The notes: generated by a model from the letters alone, not told the origin. Shown: positions 17,783 to 26,966, counted from the first letter of the stretch. The stretch is DNA of 61,760 bases from Parcubacteria group bacterium GW2011_GWC2_42_12 (GCA_000997945.1 LCCP01000003.1:1-61760); one strand, 5' to 3'. Made by a program: numbers and translations.

Positions 17783-18742
17783 TTAAATCAGCGGATAACT
17801 TTCTAGGGCCCTGCCGTCAACATTAATAATTTCTCTGCCTCTATAATTAATCAATTCCTGTAAATTTTTAATGAGCTTTCTTTTGCCATCAATAATTAAA
17901 TAAACCTTTTTATCCGAGCCGCGGAGCAAATTGCCGGTGGCATAAACTTTTACGCCCAAAACTTCCGGGTATTGGACTAAAACTTCGTAACTTACGTCAT
18001 TAATCTCTCTGCCTTGATAATTAGCTAATTCTTTTAAGTTCTTGATGCGTAATTTTCTGCCATAAACAATCAAATAAACTTTTTTATCTAACCCGCGAAG
18101 CAAACTGCCGTCGGCATAATCTTTTACGCCTAGAATTTGCGGGTATTGGGCTAAAACCTCAAAGCTCACATTATTAATCTTCTGTCCTTCATATTTTTTA
18201 TACAATTCTCCCCAATTTTTAACAAACTGTTTCCGGCCATCAATAATTACGTAAATTTTCCAATCCGGTCCGCGGAGCAAGCTACCGTCGGCATAATCTT
18301 TTACGCCTAGAATTTGCGGATTAACAACCGGCGGATATTTTCTAGATCTGGCTTCTTGCTGTGAAGCGGTGAAATTGCAACCAGCCGGAATTTGATTAAT
18401 AATATCCCGATATTGATAACCATTAATCGGCGCACTCCATTCTTCATAAACAACGTTAGAGCAGGGAGTTGTTAAATACAATATAATAGATCCGCCGCCG
18501 CTAGGTTGCGGATTGTCAGCCGGCGGCATAACCGGCGGATTTACTATCCCACCAGTATTGTTATTATCGCCTGAAGGAGGGGTTGGGGATGTGCCGCCGG
18601 TATTGTTATTATCTCCGGAAGGAGGGGTTATTATAACATTAGCGCTATCACCGCTGGGTGGTGTTTGAGCAAAAACAACGCTAAACATTAAAACGCCGAC
18701 AATAATTAATAATGTCGATAATAATTTATTAGGTTGGTTCAT
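17783..18742 (-). CDS. Secreted tandem-repeat protein
   Basis: Has a signal peptide, (T)PPSGDNNNTGG repeats, and three ~60-aa repeats (PQILGVKDYADGSLLRG...). A 35-nt exact DNA repeat occurs at 18108 and 18285. Confidence 0.7.
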   Translation of the reverse strand: MNQPNKLLSTLLIIVGVLMFSVVFAQTPPSGDSANVIITPPSGDNNNTGGTSPTPPSGDNNNTGGIVNPPVMPPADNPQPSGGGSIILYLTTPCSNVVYEEWSAPINGYQYRDIINQIPAGCNFTASQQEARSRKYPPVVNPQILGVKDYADGSLLRGPDWKIYVIIDGRKQFVKNWGELYKKYEGQKINNVSFEVLAQYPQILGVKDYADGSLLRGLDKKVYLIVYGRKLRIKNLKELANYQGREINDVSYEVLVQYPEVLGVKVYATGNLLRGSDKKVYLIIDGKRKLIKNLQELINYRGREIINVDGRALESYPLI

Positions 18743-18828
18743 AAGATTTTAATTAAACATTTATTAAATATGATAAAAAGACATATTCGAATATCATACT
18801 GCTATTCGAAAGATTGTCAAGTAAATTG

Positions 18829-18862
18829 AAAAAGGTGGCCGCTTCAGTTGCCCGAAGCGGCC
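18829..18862 (-). terminator. Intrinsic terminator of the GC-rich gene
   Basis: A 9-bp stem ggccgcttc/gaagcggcc followed on the minus strand by accttttt. Confidence 0.7.
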
Positions 18863-18886
18863 GATCATAAGTCCAGCGGCCCCCCC

Positions 18887-19816
18887 CTAAGGCCTTTGGA
18901 CGGCGCGGAAGAATTGCTGATCACAGCTTGTTGTGATAGTCACCGGCGATCCGGACAAAACCGGCAGTCCGTAGTCCCGCCAAGCTGACATTAGCGAAGA
19001 GGTTTGCAGGCGGTAGTACTGATTGGCCCGCCCTGTAACCGTAAGACTTGCCGTGTCCGCGGCCCCACGGACGATTAGCAATCGCGGAGCGGTTGTCGCT
19101 TTGAATGGCAAATCAACTTGCCGCCTGGCAACCACCACTCCTCCTCGCCGGAGTTCCACTTTTGCAGACATCCCTGAAACGGCGGTGAGGACATAATCCC
19201 TGATTAAGTCCAATCCGGCTTGGTCGTGAACGGTATAAGCCTTCCGCCGGCCAACAAAATTAAACCACTTAATTTGCTGGCTGGTCGGGCCGCTGTCAAC
19301 AATAGCGCCGTCAGCCGTTTTACCGCGTGCTTCCGGATAATACCTGTCAAATATCGAAATGTTCGTAGACCCGGCCACATTCCAAAACCAAGTGGTGATG
19401 GTAAGGTCGTCAAGGGTAAACGTGGTGTTGGTGCTGATGACGCGGCATGGTGGCGAAATCCCATTGCCCCGTTGCGGGCTATTGGGTATAAACTCTGCCA
19501 GCCATATACCAGTGTTATTCGCCAGAGCCGTGGCATCGGCTACGCACAGATATGGCCAAATACCGAAGGTAATCTGGTGAAACTGGTTCGGCGTGATTGA
19601 TGAGGCCGGCACCTGCTTGTCGTCCAGAACTCCCATAACTGACTGGACCCACGGGGCCCAAACGCCAGGACCGGCATCAATGTTTGGACAAACGCCAAAG
19701 TAGATGTCAATCCGCACCATCGGATCGATCGTATCTTGCGATAGCGCGTTCTGCGGTTGGTAACCGCTAGCCGCCATGAGCGCTAGCGCCATTAGAATTT
19801 TGAATGTTCTTTTCAT
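18887..19816 (-). CDS. GC-rich secreted protein, probably horizontally acquired
   Basis: Has a signal peptide (MKRTFKILMALALMAASG) and AGGAGA 7 nt before the ATG. The C-terminal YYRLQTS...W...FFRAV beta-sandwich-type tail is unlike its neighbours. Confidence 0.7.
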   Translation of the reverse strand: MKRTFKILMALALMAASGYQPQNALSQDTIDPMVRIDIYFGVCPNIDAGPGVWAPWVQSVMGVLDDKQVPASSITPNQFHQITFGIWPYLCVADATALANNTGIWLAEFIPNSPQRGNGISPPCRVISTNTTFTLDDLTITTWFWNVAGSTNISIFDRYYPEARGKTADGAIVDSGPTSQQIKWFNFVGRRKAYTVHDQAGLDLIRDYVLTAVSGMSAKVELRRGGVVVARRQVDLPFKATTAPRLLIVRGAADTASLTVTGRANQYYRLQTSSLMSAWRDYGLPVLSGSPVTITTSCDQQFFRAVQRP

Positions 19817-20042
19817 TGTTTCTTCTCCTGTTGTCCTGTTGTTTGGTGTTTATTTCTCCGCTCAAATCAGATAACCAGATGGCTTAGCCACAAGGCTCTT
19901 TTTAAAGCTAGCCAAACCTTAGCATAAACCAAGCCGCCGGTCAAATTATGACCGACGGCTTGCTTATTACCCACTCAACATACTAGAGCCACCCGTCCCG
20001 CATAGAGTGGGGGGCGGTCTACGGTTTAATGATCCAACCTAC

Positions 20043-20118
20043 TGGAGCCAGCGAAGGGATTCGAACCCCCGACCTTTGCTTTACAAAAGCATTGCTCTAC
20101 CAGCTGAGCTACGCTGGC
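20043..20118 (-). tRNA. tRNA-Thr (anticodon TGT)
   Basis: Acceptor GCCAGCG/CGCTGGC, TAGCTCAGCTGGTAGAGC D-arm, anticodon loop TTTGTAA, GGTTCGAATCC T-loop. The 3' CCA is encoded. Confidence 0.9.
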
Positions 20119-20282
20119 TCATAAATTACCAGAAAATTCCTTAATCCAACCGTTGATGATTTCTAATAATCTTTTATTTGAATATCTTAAAGATATTGTC
20201 CCATATTGGGAGTTCTTTTTATAAGTCCCGCCCTTTTTCTTATGGACAAAAGTTTTACTAAATTGACTAAAGCGAATAGCAG

Positions 20283-20355
20283 TGCGCCGTGCTGGATTCG
20301 AACCAGCGACCATCAGCTTAAAAGGCTGTTGCTCTGCCAGCTGAGCTAACGGCGC
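20283..20355 (-). tRNA. tRNA-Lys (anticodon TTT)
   Basis: Acceptor GCGCCGT/ACGGCGC, anticodon loop CTTTTAA, T-arm GCTGG-TTCGAAT-CCAGC. CCA is not encoded. Confidence 0.9.
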
Positions 20356-20481
20356 AAAATTAAAAAGTCCGGGTTAAGGGACAAATCAATTATTATTAAA
20401 ATAACATATCTCTTCTAAAAAGGCAAGCCGGCTGGTGGAAAGCCGGTGCATAAAAAGTTAAGAAATTGGCATATTTCACTC

Positions 20482-20510
20482 TTGCTTAAACCGGCTCGCC
20501 AAGGTATTAT
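20482..20510 (+). promoter_or_regulatory. Promoter TTGCTT-N17-TATTAT placing the TSS at the dnaB ATG (leaderless)
   Basis: The -10 hexamer ends 6 nt before ATG 20517. No SD is present. Confidence 0.45.
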
Positions 20511-20516
20511 AAAAAT

Positions 20517-21911
20517 ATGCCAGATAATAAAAATTCCATCGCAAAACTTCCGCCGCAGAATCTTGAAGCCGAAAGCTCAATCTTGGGCTGTCTGATGATT
20601 GATAAAGACGCCATCTTTAAAATTGCCGATACTTTGCAGCCGGAAGATTTTTATAAAAACAGCCACGGCCTGATTTATGCCGCTATGCGAGATCTGTATA
20701 TTCATCATGAACCGATTGATATTTTAACTTTGACCTCAAAACTTGAGGAGAGAAACCAGCTGGAGCCGGTCGGCGGCCGCGCCTACCTGGCCGAATTAGG
20801 CAATACCGTCGCCACTTCGGCTCATGTGGTATTTTATTCCAATATCATCCAGCGCAAAGCCACTCTAAGGCGCTTGCTCTCCGCTTCGGTGGAGATTACC
20901 GAACTGGGCTATCAAGAAGATGAAGAAATCGAAAAAATCTTGGATGAGGCCGAACAAAAATTATTCGGCGTCTCGCGAAAATACTTAAAAAATATTTTCT
21001 TGCCGATTGATAACCTATTAACCGAAGCTTTTAATAGAATTGACGAATTGCATAAGCAGAGCGGAAAACTGCGCGGCCTGCCGACCGGCTTTCCTGACTT
21101 AGATAATATCCTGGCCGGTCTGCAAAAATCCGATTTAATAATCTTGGCGGCTCGGCCGAGCGTGGGCAAAACTTCTCTGGCCTTGGATATCGCCCGGCTC
21201 TCGGCCATTAAGAGTAAGACTCCGGTCGGCGTCTTCTCTTTGGAAATGAGTAAGGAGCAATTGGTTGACCGCCTGCTCTGCGCTCAAGCCAATGTCAGTC
21301 TCTGGCGCATGCGCACGGGTAAATTATCAGATAAGGAAGAAGATAATGATTTCTCCCGCATCGGCGAAGCCATGGGCCAATTATCCGAAGCACCGATTTA
21401 TATTGATGATTCAGCCAGTTCCAATATCATGGAAATTCGGGCTAAAGCGCGCCGTCTGCAAATAGAAAAAGGCCTGGGGCTCTTGATTATTGATTATCTT
21501 CAGCTAATGGAAGGCCGTGGCAAGTACGGCGATAACCGCGTGCAAGAAGTGGCGGAAATCACCCGCGGCATGAAAGCTATCGCCCGCGAACTGAATATCC
21601 CCGTCCTGGCCTTATCGCAGTTGTCGCGCGCCGTGGAAATGACTAAGCCGGCCATACCGAGGTTAGCTCATTTAAGAGAGTCGGGTTCAATTGAACAGGA
21701 CGCCGATGTGGTCATGTTTATTTACCGCAAAGCCGCCGATCGCGGTTATAATTATGATGATTTGTCGGAAACCGATAAGCATAATGCCGAAATCCATATT
21801 GCTAAGCACAGAAACGGGCCGACCGGCAAAATTAATTTATTCTTTGATGAAAATACGGTCAGCTTTAAAAGCGTGGCCAAATCTGGTCAGACCGACCAGC
21901 CGGAATATTAA
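20517..21911 (+). CDS. dnaB: Replicative DNA helicase DnaB
   Basis: PPQNLEAESSILG at the N-terminus, Walker A ARPSVGKTS, IIDYLQLM, and the RecA-like C-terminal domain. Confidence 0.95.
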   Translation: MPDNKNSIAKLPPQNLEAESSILGCLMIDKDAIFKIADTLQPEDFYKNSHGLIYAAMRDLYIHHEPIDILTLTSKLEERNQLEPVGGRAYLAELGNTVATSAHVVFYSNIIQRKATLRRLLSASVEITELGYQEDEEIEKILDEAEQKLFGVSRKYLKNIFLPIDNLLTEAFNRIDELHKQSGKLRGLPTGFPDLDNILAGLQKSDLIILAARPSVGKTSLALDIARLSAIKSKTPVGVFSLEMSKEQLVDRLLCAQANVSLWRMRTGKLSDKEEDNDFSRIGEAMGQLSEAPIYIDDSASSNIMEIRAKARRLQIEKGLGLLIIDYLQLMEGRGKYGDNRVQEVAEITRGMKAIARELNIPVLALSQLSRAVEMTKPAIPRLAHLRESGSIEQDADVVMFIYRKAADRGYNYDDLSETDKHNAEIHIAKHRNGPTGKINLFFDENTVSFKSVAKSGQTDQPEY

Positions 21912-21940
21912 TAACTAAACTGTCATTGACAGCACGCAAT

Positions 21941-22216
21941 ATGTTTAATAAACTAAAGCAATTTAAAGATTTAAGAAACAAAGCCAAGACTTTGCAGAAC
22001 GCCTTAGCGCTGGAAGCGGTGGAATATGAAAAGCATGGCGTTAAAGCGGCCATGAATGGCAATATGGAAATCACGCAATTATCTATCAGCCCGGAAGTTA
22101 ATCAAGACAAATTGCAGAATATTTTAACCGAAGTCATCAACGAAACCATCAAGCGGGCGCAAAAAATCATGGCTAAAAAGGTGCAAGAGATGGGCGGACT
22201 GGAAGGATTCAATTAA
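21941..22216 (+). CDS. ybaB: YbaB/EbfC nucleoid-associated protein
   Basis: MFNKLKQFKDLRNKAKTLQ plus the typical ~90-aa YbaB layout, followed by recR as in most bacteria. Confidence 0.88.
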   Translation: MFNKLKQFKDLRNKAKTLQNALALEAVEYEKHGVKAAMNGNMEITQLSISPEVNQDKLQNILTEVINETIKRAQKIMAKKVQEMGGLEGFN

Positions 22217-22224
22217 AACTGTTC

Positions 22225-22369
22225 TGTCATTGCGAGCCGCCCCTGTAGTCAGGGCGGCGTGGCAATCTCACGAACGGCAAAGAATAATCATAATGTTATG
22301 ATGGCGAGATTCAATGAGACATAGACATTCGTGAGATTGCTTCGCTCCTTACAGTCGCTCGCAATGACA
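22225..22369. repeat. MITE, tgtcattgcgag family (copy C2)
   Basis: tgtcattgcgagccg...ggcaatctcac / gtgagattgc...ctcgcaatgaca. Confidence 0.8.
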
Positions 22370-22378
22370 GCTACAACA

Positions 22379-22975
22379 ATGAAATACCCTGCTTCCATCC
22401 AAAACCTAATCGATCATTTTAGTAAACTCCCCACGGTCGGGCCGAAAACCGCCGAGAGATATGTTTTTTATTTACTTAAAGCCCATCCCGAATGGCTGCA
22501 GGCCTTTGCCCAAGCCATGGCCGAACTAAAAGAAAAAACCACGGTTTGTCAAACCTGTTTTACTATTGCCGAAACCAACCCTTGCTCAATCTGCTCTGAC
22601 TCGAAAAGAAACCGTTCCATAATTTGCCTGGTAGCGGACACGCGCGACCTCTTAGCCATTGAAGCCACTAAGCAGTATCATGGCCTCTACCATGTTATAG
22701 GCGGAGTCATCAACACGATTGAGAACATCAAACCGGAGAGCTTAAATATCAAGCCACTGCTGAATCGGCTAAAACAACCCCAGATTAAAGAAGTCATCTT
22801 GGCTTTTAATCCGGATTTTGAAGGCGAAACCACTTCTCTCTATATTGTTAAATTGCTCAAACCCTACAAAATAAAAATCACTCGCTTAGCCAAGGGTCTG
22901 CCCATGGGCGCGGATTTAGAATACGCGGACGAAATAACTTTAGGCAATGCCTTGAAGTACAGGAATGAGATGTAA
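22379..22975 (+). CDS. recR: Recombination protein RecR
   Basis: Has the LPTVGPKTAERY helix-hairpin-helix, the CQTC...CSIC zinc finger and a Toprim domain. An alternative in-frame ATG at 22365 lies inside the MITE end. Confidence 0.92.
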   Translation: MKYPASIQNLIDHFSKLPTVGPKTAERYVFYLLKAHPEWLQAFAQAMAELKEKTTVCQTCFTIAETNPCSICSDSKRNRSIICLVADTRDLLAIEATKQYHGLYHVIGGVINTIENIKPESLNIKPLLNRLKQPQIKEVILAFNPDFEGETTSLYIVKLLKPYKIKITRLAKGLPMGADLEYADEITLGNALKYRNEM

Positions 22976-22980
22976 AAAAA

Positions 22981-23004
22981 GTGGCGAGTTGCTTCTCCCG
23001 CCAC
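22981..23004 (-). terminator. Terminator of the small minus-strand unit
   Basis: Stem gtggcg/cgccac followed on the minus strand by ttttttt. Confidence 0.5.
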
Positions 23005-23017
23005 CTAACTTTCCCTC

Positions 23018-23134
23018 CTATTTGGCCATTGCTGTTTTGATTGCTTCCACTACCCGGTAAACAATGGCGATGACAGTCGTAGCAATCAGCACTAGCAAGG
23101 TAGGGATTTTTGTTCGCAGCGATTGTTTAAGCAT
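23018..23134 (-). CDS. Candidate 38-aa hydrophobic peptide
   Basis: Encodes MLKQSLRTKIPTLLVLIATTVIAIVYRVVEAIKTAMAK. It has its own promoter and terminator. It is not in the supplied ORF track because it is shorter than 60 aa. Confidence 0.35.
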   Translation of the reverse strand: MLKQSLRTKIPTLLVLIATTVIAIVYRVVEAIKTAMAK

Positions 23135-23162
23135 AGTTTCGCCTTTCCAAAGAACCTCCTAT

Positions 23163-23190
23163 ATTATATCAAATACTCGCAAAAAATCAA
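23163..23190 (-). promoter_or_regulatory. Promoter TTGATT-N16-TATAAT for the small peptide unit
   Basis: The minus strand reads ttgattttttgcgagtatttgatataat. Confidence 0.55.
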
Positions 23191-23207
23191 CTCAAAATCT
23201 TCACAAC

Positions 23208-23241
23208 AAAAAACACGAGTCGTAAATGTCTCGTGTTTTTT
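23208..23241. terminator. Bidirectional terminator after rplU
   Basis: aaaaaacacgag-tcgtaaatgt-ctcgtgtttttt. Confidence 0.7.
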
Positions 23242-23252
23242 AAAATTCAATG

Positions 23253-23558
23253 TTATATCTTAGTAATCTTCACTTTGGTAAACGGCTGCCTGTGGCCGAC
23301 ATTTCTCTTATATCTGGTCTTGTTCTTAAATTTTATGACGCTTACTTTATCCTTTCTGCCCTGCTCAACGATCTGGCCTTCAACCAATTCTCCCAGAACC
23401 GGTTTACCCAATTCCATTTTGGCTTCATCCGCCACCAGTAAAGTTTGAAACTTTAAGCTGGCGCCTGGCTCGGCGTTTATTTTTTCAATCTTTAAAACTT
23501 GATCCTGGCTAACTTTATATTGTTTGCCGCCAGTCTTGATAATCGCGATTTTTGCCAT
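23253..23558 (-). CDS. rplU: 50S ribosomal protein L21
   Basis: MAKIAIIKTGGKQYKV N-terminus and a typical ~100-aa length. Confidence 0.95.
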   Translation of the reverse strand: MAKIAIIKTGGKQYKVSQDQVLKIEKINAEPGASLKFQTLLVADEAKMELGKPVLGELVEGQIVEQGRKDKVSVIKFKNKTRYKRNVGHRQPFTKVKITKI

Positions 23559-23618
23559 ATCTGTTTTTATAAATTTATTAAATAAAAATCAACTTTAAAT
23601 AGATTTAATTATTTCATT

Positions 23619-24647
23619 TTAAACTCTTTTGCTCTTTCTGTCAAGATAAGCAAAAAATATAACTACTAAAAGCATAATACCGGCCAAAGTAATTAGGGCG
23701 AACGCCTTGCCGATACTTTGTAAAAATAAAGCGTTTAGGCCAAAGATTATGGAAATCACGTAAAACAATAAGACCGCCTGCCTAACGGTTAAACCGGTTT
23801 CCAACAAGCGAAAATGCAAATGTCGCCTATCCGCGAACTTGAACGGATTCTTACCGGCCGCCAAGCGCCTAAGAATCGTCCAGGCCACATCTAAAATCGG
23901 TATGCCCATAACGAGCAAAGCGATAGCTATTTTACCGCCGGAAATTATGGCTAGAACTCCTAGGGCGTAACCCAAGAATAAAGAACCGCCCTCGCCTAAA
24001 AAAACTCGCGCCGGCTGCCAGTTAAAAAATAAAAAACCGAGCGAGGCCGCGGCCAGGACCAAAGCGGCCAAAGCTATATCCGGTTGATAATATTTCGTAG
24101 TTAAAGTGAAAAGAAATATTGTGAGCGAACCGATCGCGGTCAAACCAGAAACCAAACCATCTAAACCGTCTAACAGCTTAGTCGTGTACATCACGCCTAA
24201 GAGCCAAAAGGCAATTAAGATGGCGGAAAGCCAGCCCAAATAAAGATAACCGCCGAGCGGATTGGTAATTTTTTCAATCTCTACGCCGCCGGCGATGACG
24301 CTAATTATAGCTAAACAGGGAAAAATAAATTGCTGAATCGGTTTTAGATTATATTTATCATCAAAAAATCCGCCGATCATAAGAAAGCAAGCGCCGATGA
24401 AAAAGCCGAGCCAGTGGCCAGGCAAAAGGTCGCCGGCCAGTATTTTATCACGAAAAAAAAATAGAACAATAAAAAAAGTCAAAAAAATAGCCAAGCCGCC
24501 GAGCAAAGGAATATTGCCTTGATGAAATTTTCTTTCCGCGTCCGGCCGATCGGTAATCTTTAGTTTTTTCGCCAGCTTCATTACTAAAAAAGTCAGCCCG
24601 GCTGACAGCAATATGGTAAAAATAAAAATTTGCAGATATAACAGCAT
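23619..24647 (-). CDS. MraY/WecA-family (GT4) polyprenyl-phosphate sugar-1-phosphate transferase
   Basis: About 10 TM helices with DDKYNL, LDGLDGL and NPFKFADRRHLHFRL motifs. Confidence 0.82.
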   Translation of the reverse strand: MLLYLQIFIFTILLSAGLTFLVMKLAKKLKITDRPDAERKFHQGNIPLLGGLAIFLTFFIVLFFFRDKILAGDLLPGHWLGFFIGACFLMIGGFFDDKYNLKPIQQFIFPCLAIISVIAGGVEIEKITNPLGGYLYLGWLSAILIAFWLLGVMYTTKLLDGLDGLVSGLTAIGSLTIFLFTLTTKYYQPDIALAALVLAAASLGFLFFNWQPARVFLGEGGSLFLGYALGVLAIISGGKIAIALLVMGIPILDVAWTILRRLAAGKNPFKFADRRHLHFRLLETGLTVRQAVLLFYVISIIFGLNALFLQSIGKAFALITLAGIMLLVVIFFAYLDRKSKRV

Positions 24648-24661
24648 TTTATTAGCTATTA

Positions 24662-25312
24662 CTAGTTTAGCCGAACCATATTATGTTTTTTCCTATGAAG
24701 AACTAAGTCGATAGCTGTTTTGATAATAATAAAAATAGCTGATAAATAAATAGTAACTTTTGTTAAAGCTAAAATAATTCCTCCAAGTACTACCGTGAAT
24801 TGAATAAGAAAAATCCTTATAATAAAATTTCCCATAATCATTTCTCCAATTTTTGGGCTGTTAGCATCCTCATGTCCCGTTTTTACCAATTCTATAATTA
24901 ACGCCTTCTCATTTCTACCAATAAAATTATAAAAAAATGAATAGCCGTGGCTTATCATTAAAGCAATAAACATGGTTAATAATTGCAATAATGATTGACT
25001 GAATAAATTTAATCCAGTCCAGCCATCTCCACCGGGTAACACAGAAAATAAGGCCATTATTCCTATAAAATGACCAAACATAAAACCTGAACATGTAATT
25101 AAAATACCGAATCCATTAACCGCAAAAACGCCTATTGATGTCGCTTTAAACAAGTATATTGATTTTATGAAGATAAAAATTCCCATAACACCGGTTTCCA
25201 ACCAATAACTTGTTAGTAAAGAAAATAAAGTCCAATCAAAAAACAAGACACCTATTAATGGTACGCAGTTAGCAAAAATTAAAACAATATCCGAAGAGTC
25301 GATTTTTTTCAT
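24662..25312 (-). CDS. Polytopic membrane protein, unknown function
   Basis: About six predicted TM helices and no catalytic motif. Confidence 0.55.
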   Translation of the reverse strand: MKKIDSSDIVLIFANCVPLIGVLFFDWTLFSLLTSYWLETGVMGIFIFIKSIYLFKATSIGVFAVNGFGILITCSGFMFGHFIGIMALFSVLPGGDGWTGLNLFSQSLLQLLTMFIALMISHGYSFFYNFIGRNEKALIIELVKTGHEDANSPKIGEMIMGNFIIRIFLIQFTVVLGGIILALTKVTIYLSAIFIIIKTAIDLVLHRKKHNMVRLN

Positions 25313-25341
25313 TGTTTGCTACTATAAAATTAATAAAATAT

Positions 25342-26880
25342 TTATTTCATATTTGCTTCTATGCCATCCCACCACCAATTTCCATTAGTATCTCTTTTAT
25401 TGGGGTCGGTCTTAATACACTTGGAGTCATATTGATGAGCGCCGCCGCATACTTCTTCCATGTTTGTAAGACCATCTTTATCTGAATCAAGCATCATGTC
25501 TTGTAATTCTTTTTCTATTTGAACAGCGGTAAGATTTGTATTGGTTTTTGTATGGTTCCAACCTCGTTCTGGACTATCCAAAAGTATTTTCCATGAGCCG
25601 TCATTTTTTATAAACATAACGCTCCCTTGTTTATATCCATAAAAGCTAGCATCATCTCTTTTCATTGAATTTGTGGAATATATAGCTTGTTTATCATCCT
25701 GCCACTTATTTACATAACTATCCTTGTTGATATTCGCGCTTTGCTCATATAAGAAAGGTGCCAAGGAGGTAAATTGGGATTCTTCGGCTGAAGTAACCTG
25801 TACATATGAAACGGCATTAAAATCTACAACATTTTTATCCTTCAAGGCAAGGGTCATTTTGTCATATATTAACCACAAATTATCACCAGTACTTTGTCCA
25901 CCAGCATATAAGATACTATATAACGAACCGGTACAAACTACTGCTCCAGTAGTAACACCGCTAAAAACTTTTGTTGAAGCATCCTGAAAACTTATTTTAT
26001 TATCAAACCCACAAGTCATTTCTTTATTAATCCAAGAAGGGTCGGGGTATTTAGTATATTTAAATGTTATATTACAATCTGCCGTGCCTTTTCCGATAAT
26101 TTTATATTCAACCGCGCCAAAAAGACTATCAGTATCTCCCTGCATAGTCGACGGTTCACAGGAAATAAATTTCTTTTCAAAACAGCCCTCGTAACCACAG
26201 TCAACAATATATTTAACTTCGTCCTTTGTATATTTGAAAGTGCCTGATGTTATTTCTGCCTGTGTAATTTTATCTAAATCATTATTGGTAATCCCTAACC
26301 CTAATTTGCGCATTAAGTTAAAAGCATCGCCAGGTCTACCTAAGAAATATCTTTGATGATTGCCAGGGTTGATATACCAGGCTTCGCCGTGTTTCTCAAC
26401 CTGTAATAAAATTTTGCCGGATTGGCTTTTGGCAAAGTTATTATCCAAAATTAATTTTCCGCTACCGCTTGGGTTATAGTCGCCCATGATCTCGTCTTTG
26501 TCATTATAGCCATCACCATCACTATCTTTGTTGTTTTTATCTGTGCCGATTGAATCTTCGGCCATATCAGATAAACCATCATTATCGCTGTCTTGGCCGA
26601 TTAGATTTTCATTGGCTATTTTAATCTTTTTTAAATTATCATTACTTATACCAACGCCTAGCTGGCGCATTAAATTAAAAGCATCATTTGGCCTGCCCAT
26701 GCTATATCTTTTGCCATCGGTAGGCGAAACATACCAGGCTTCGCCCTTTGATTCCACTTGCAAAAGTATTTTGCCTTTTAATTTACTGGACAAACTTTCA
26801 GCAAAAACAGGACTAGCCGCCAATAAAATACCTGCGCCAAAGATTAGTAGAAAAATAAATAAAAATGATACCTTTTTCAT
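25342..26880 (-). CDS. Secreted protein with duplicated GEAWY domain and Ca-binding D-x-D-x-D-G repeats
   Basis: Has a signal peptide and two copies of KILLQVExxGEAWYxxP...RYxxGRPxDAFNLMRxLGxGI. It also has DSDNDGLSD, DSDGDGYND and DSDKDGLTN motifs. Confidence 0.7.
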   Translation of the reverse strand: MKKVSFLFIFLLIFGAGILLAASPVFAESLSSKLKGKILLQVESKGEAWYVSPTDGKRYSMGRPNDAFNLMRQLGVGISNDNLKKIKIANENLIGQDSDNDGLSDMAEDSIGTDKNNKDSDGDGYNDKDEIMGDYNPSGSGKLILDNNFAKSQSGKILLQVEKHGEAWYINPGNHQRYFLGRPGDAFNLMRKLGLGITNNDLDKITQAEITSGTFKYTKDEVKYIVDCGYEGCFEKKFISCEPSTMQGDTDSLFGAVEYKIIGKGTADCNITFKYTKYPDPSWINKEMTCGFDNKISFQDASTKVFSGVTTGAVVCTGSLYSILYAGGQSTGDNLWLIYDKMTLALKDKNVVDFNAVSYVQVTSAEESQFTSLAPFLYEQSANINKDSYVNKWQDDKQAIYSTNSMKRDDASFYGYKQGSVMFIKNDGSWKILLDSPERGWNHTKTNTNLTAVQIEKELQDMMLDSDKDGLTNMEEVCGGAHQYDSKCIKTDPNKRDTNGNWWWDGIEANMK

Positions 26881-26966
26881 AGATTTAAATTTAATTATTA
26901 AAAATTAATTGCAAGTTTAATATTTAAAAGCGTTTTTTGATAACTTATAATTTGTACGGTTTACCC

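Noticed and set aside
18887-19816. A diversity-generating retroelement target, with R1 or R2 as the template repeat.
   Set aside because: There is no reverse transcriptase in the window, and no template/variable repeat pair is detectable between the GC-rich segments.
20119-20313. A 64-aa minus-strand ORF between the two tRNA genes.
   Set aside because: It runs through the tRNA-Lys 3' half and the inter-tRNA spacer. The tRNA calls fully explain the region.
18829-20355. An integrative element or genomic island inserted at tRNA-Thr/tRNA-Lys.
   Set aside because: There is no integrase, excisionase or direct repeat of the tRNA 3' end. Only a single foreign-looking gene is present.
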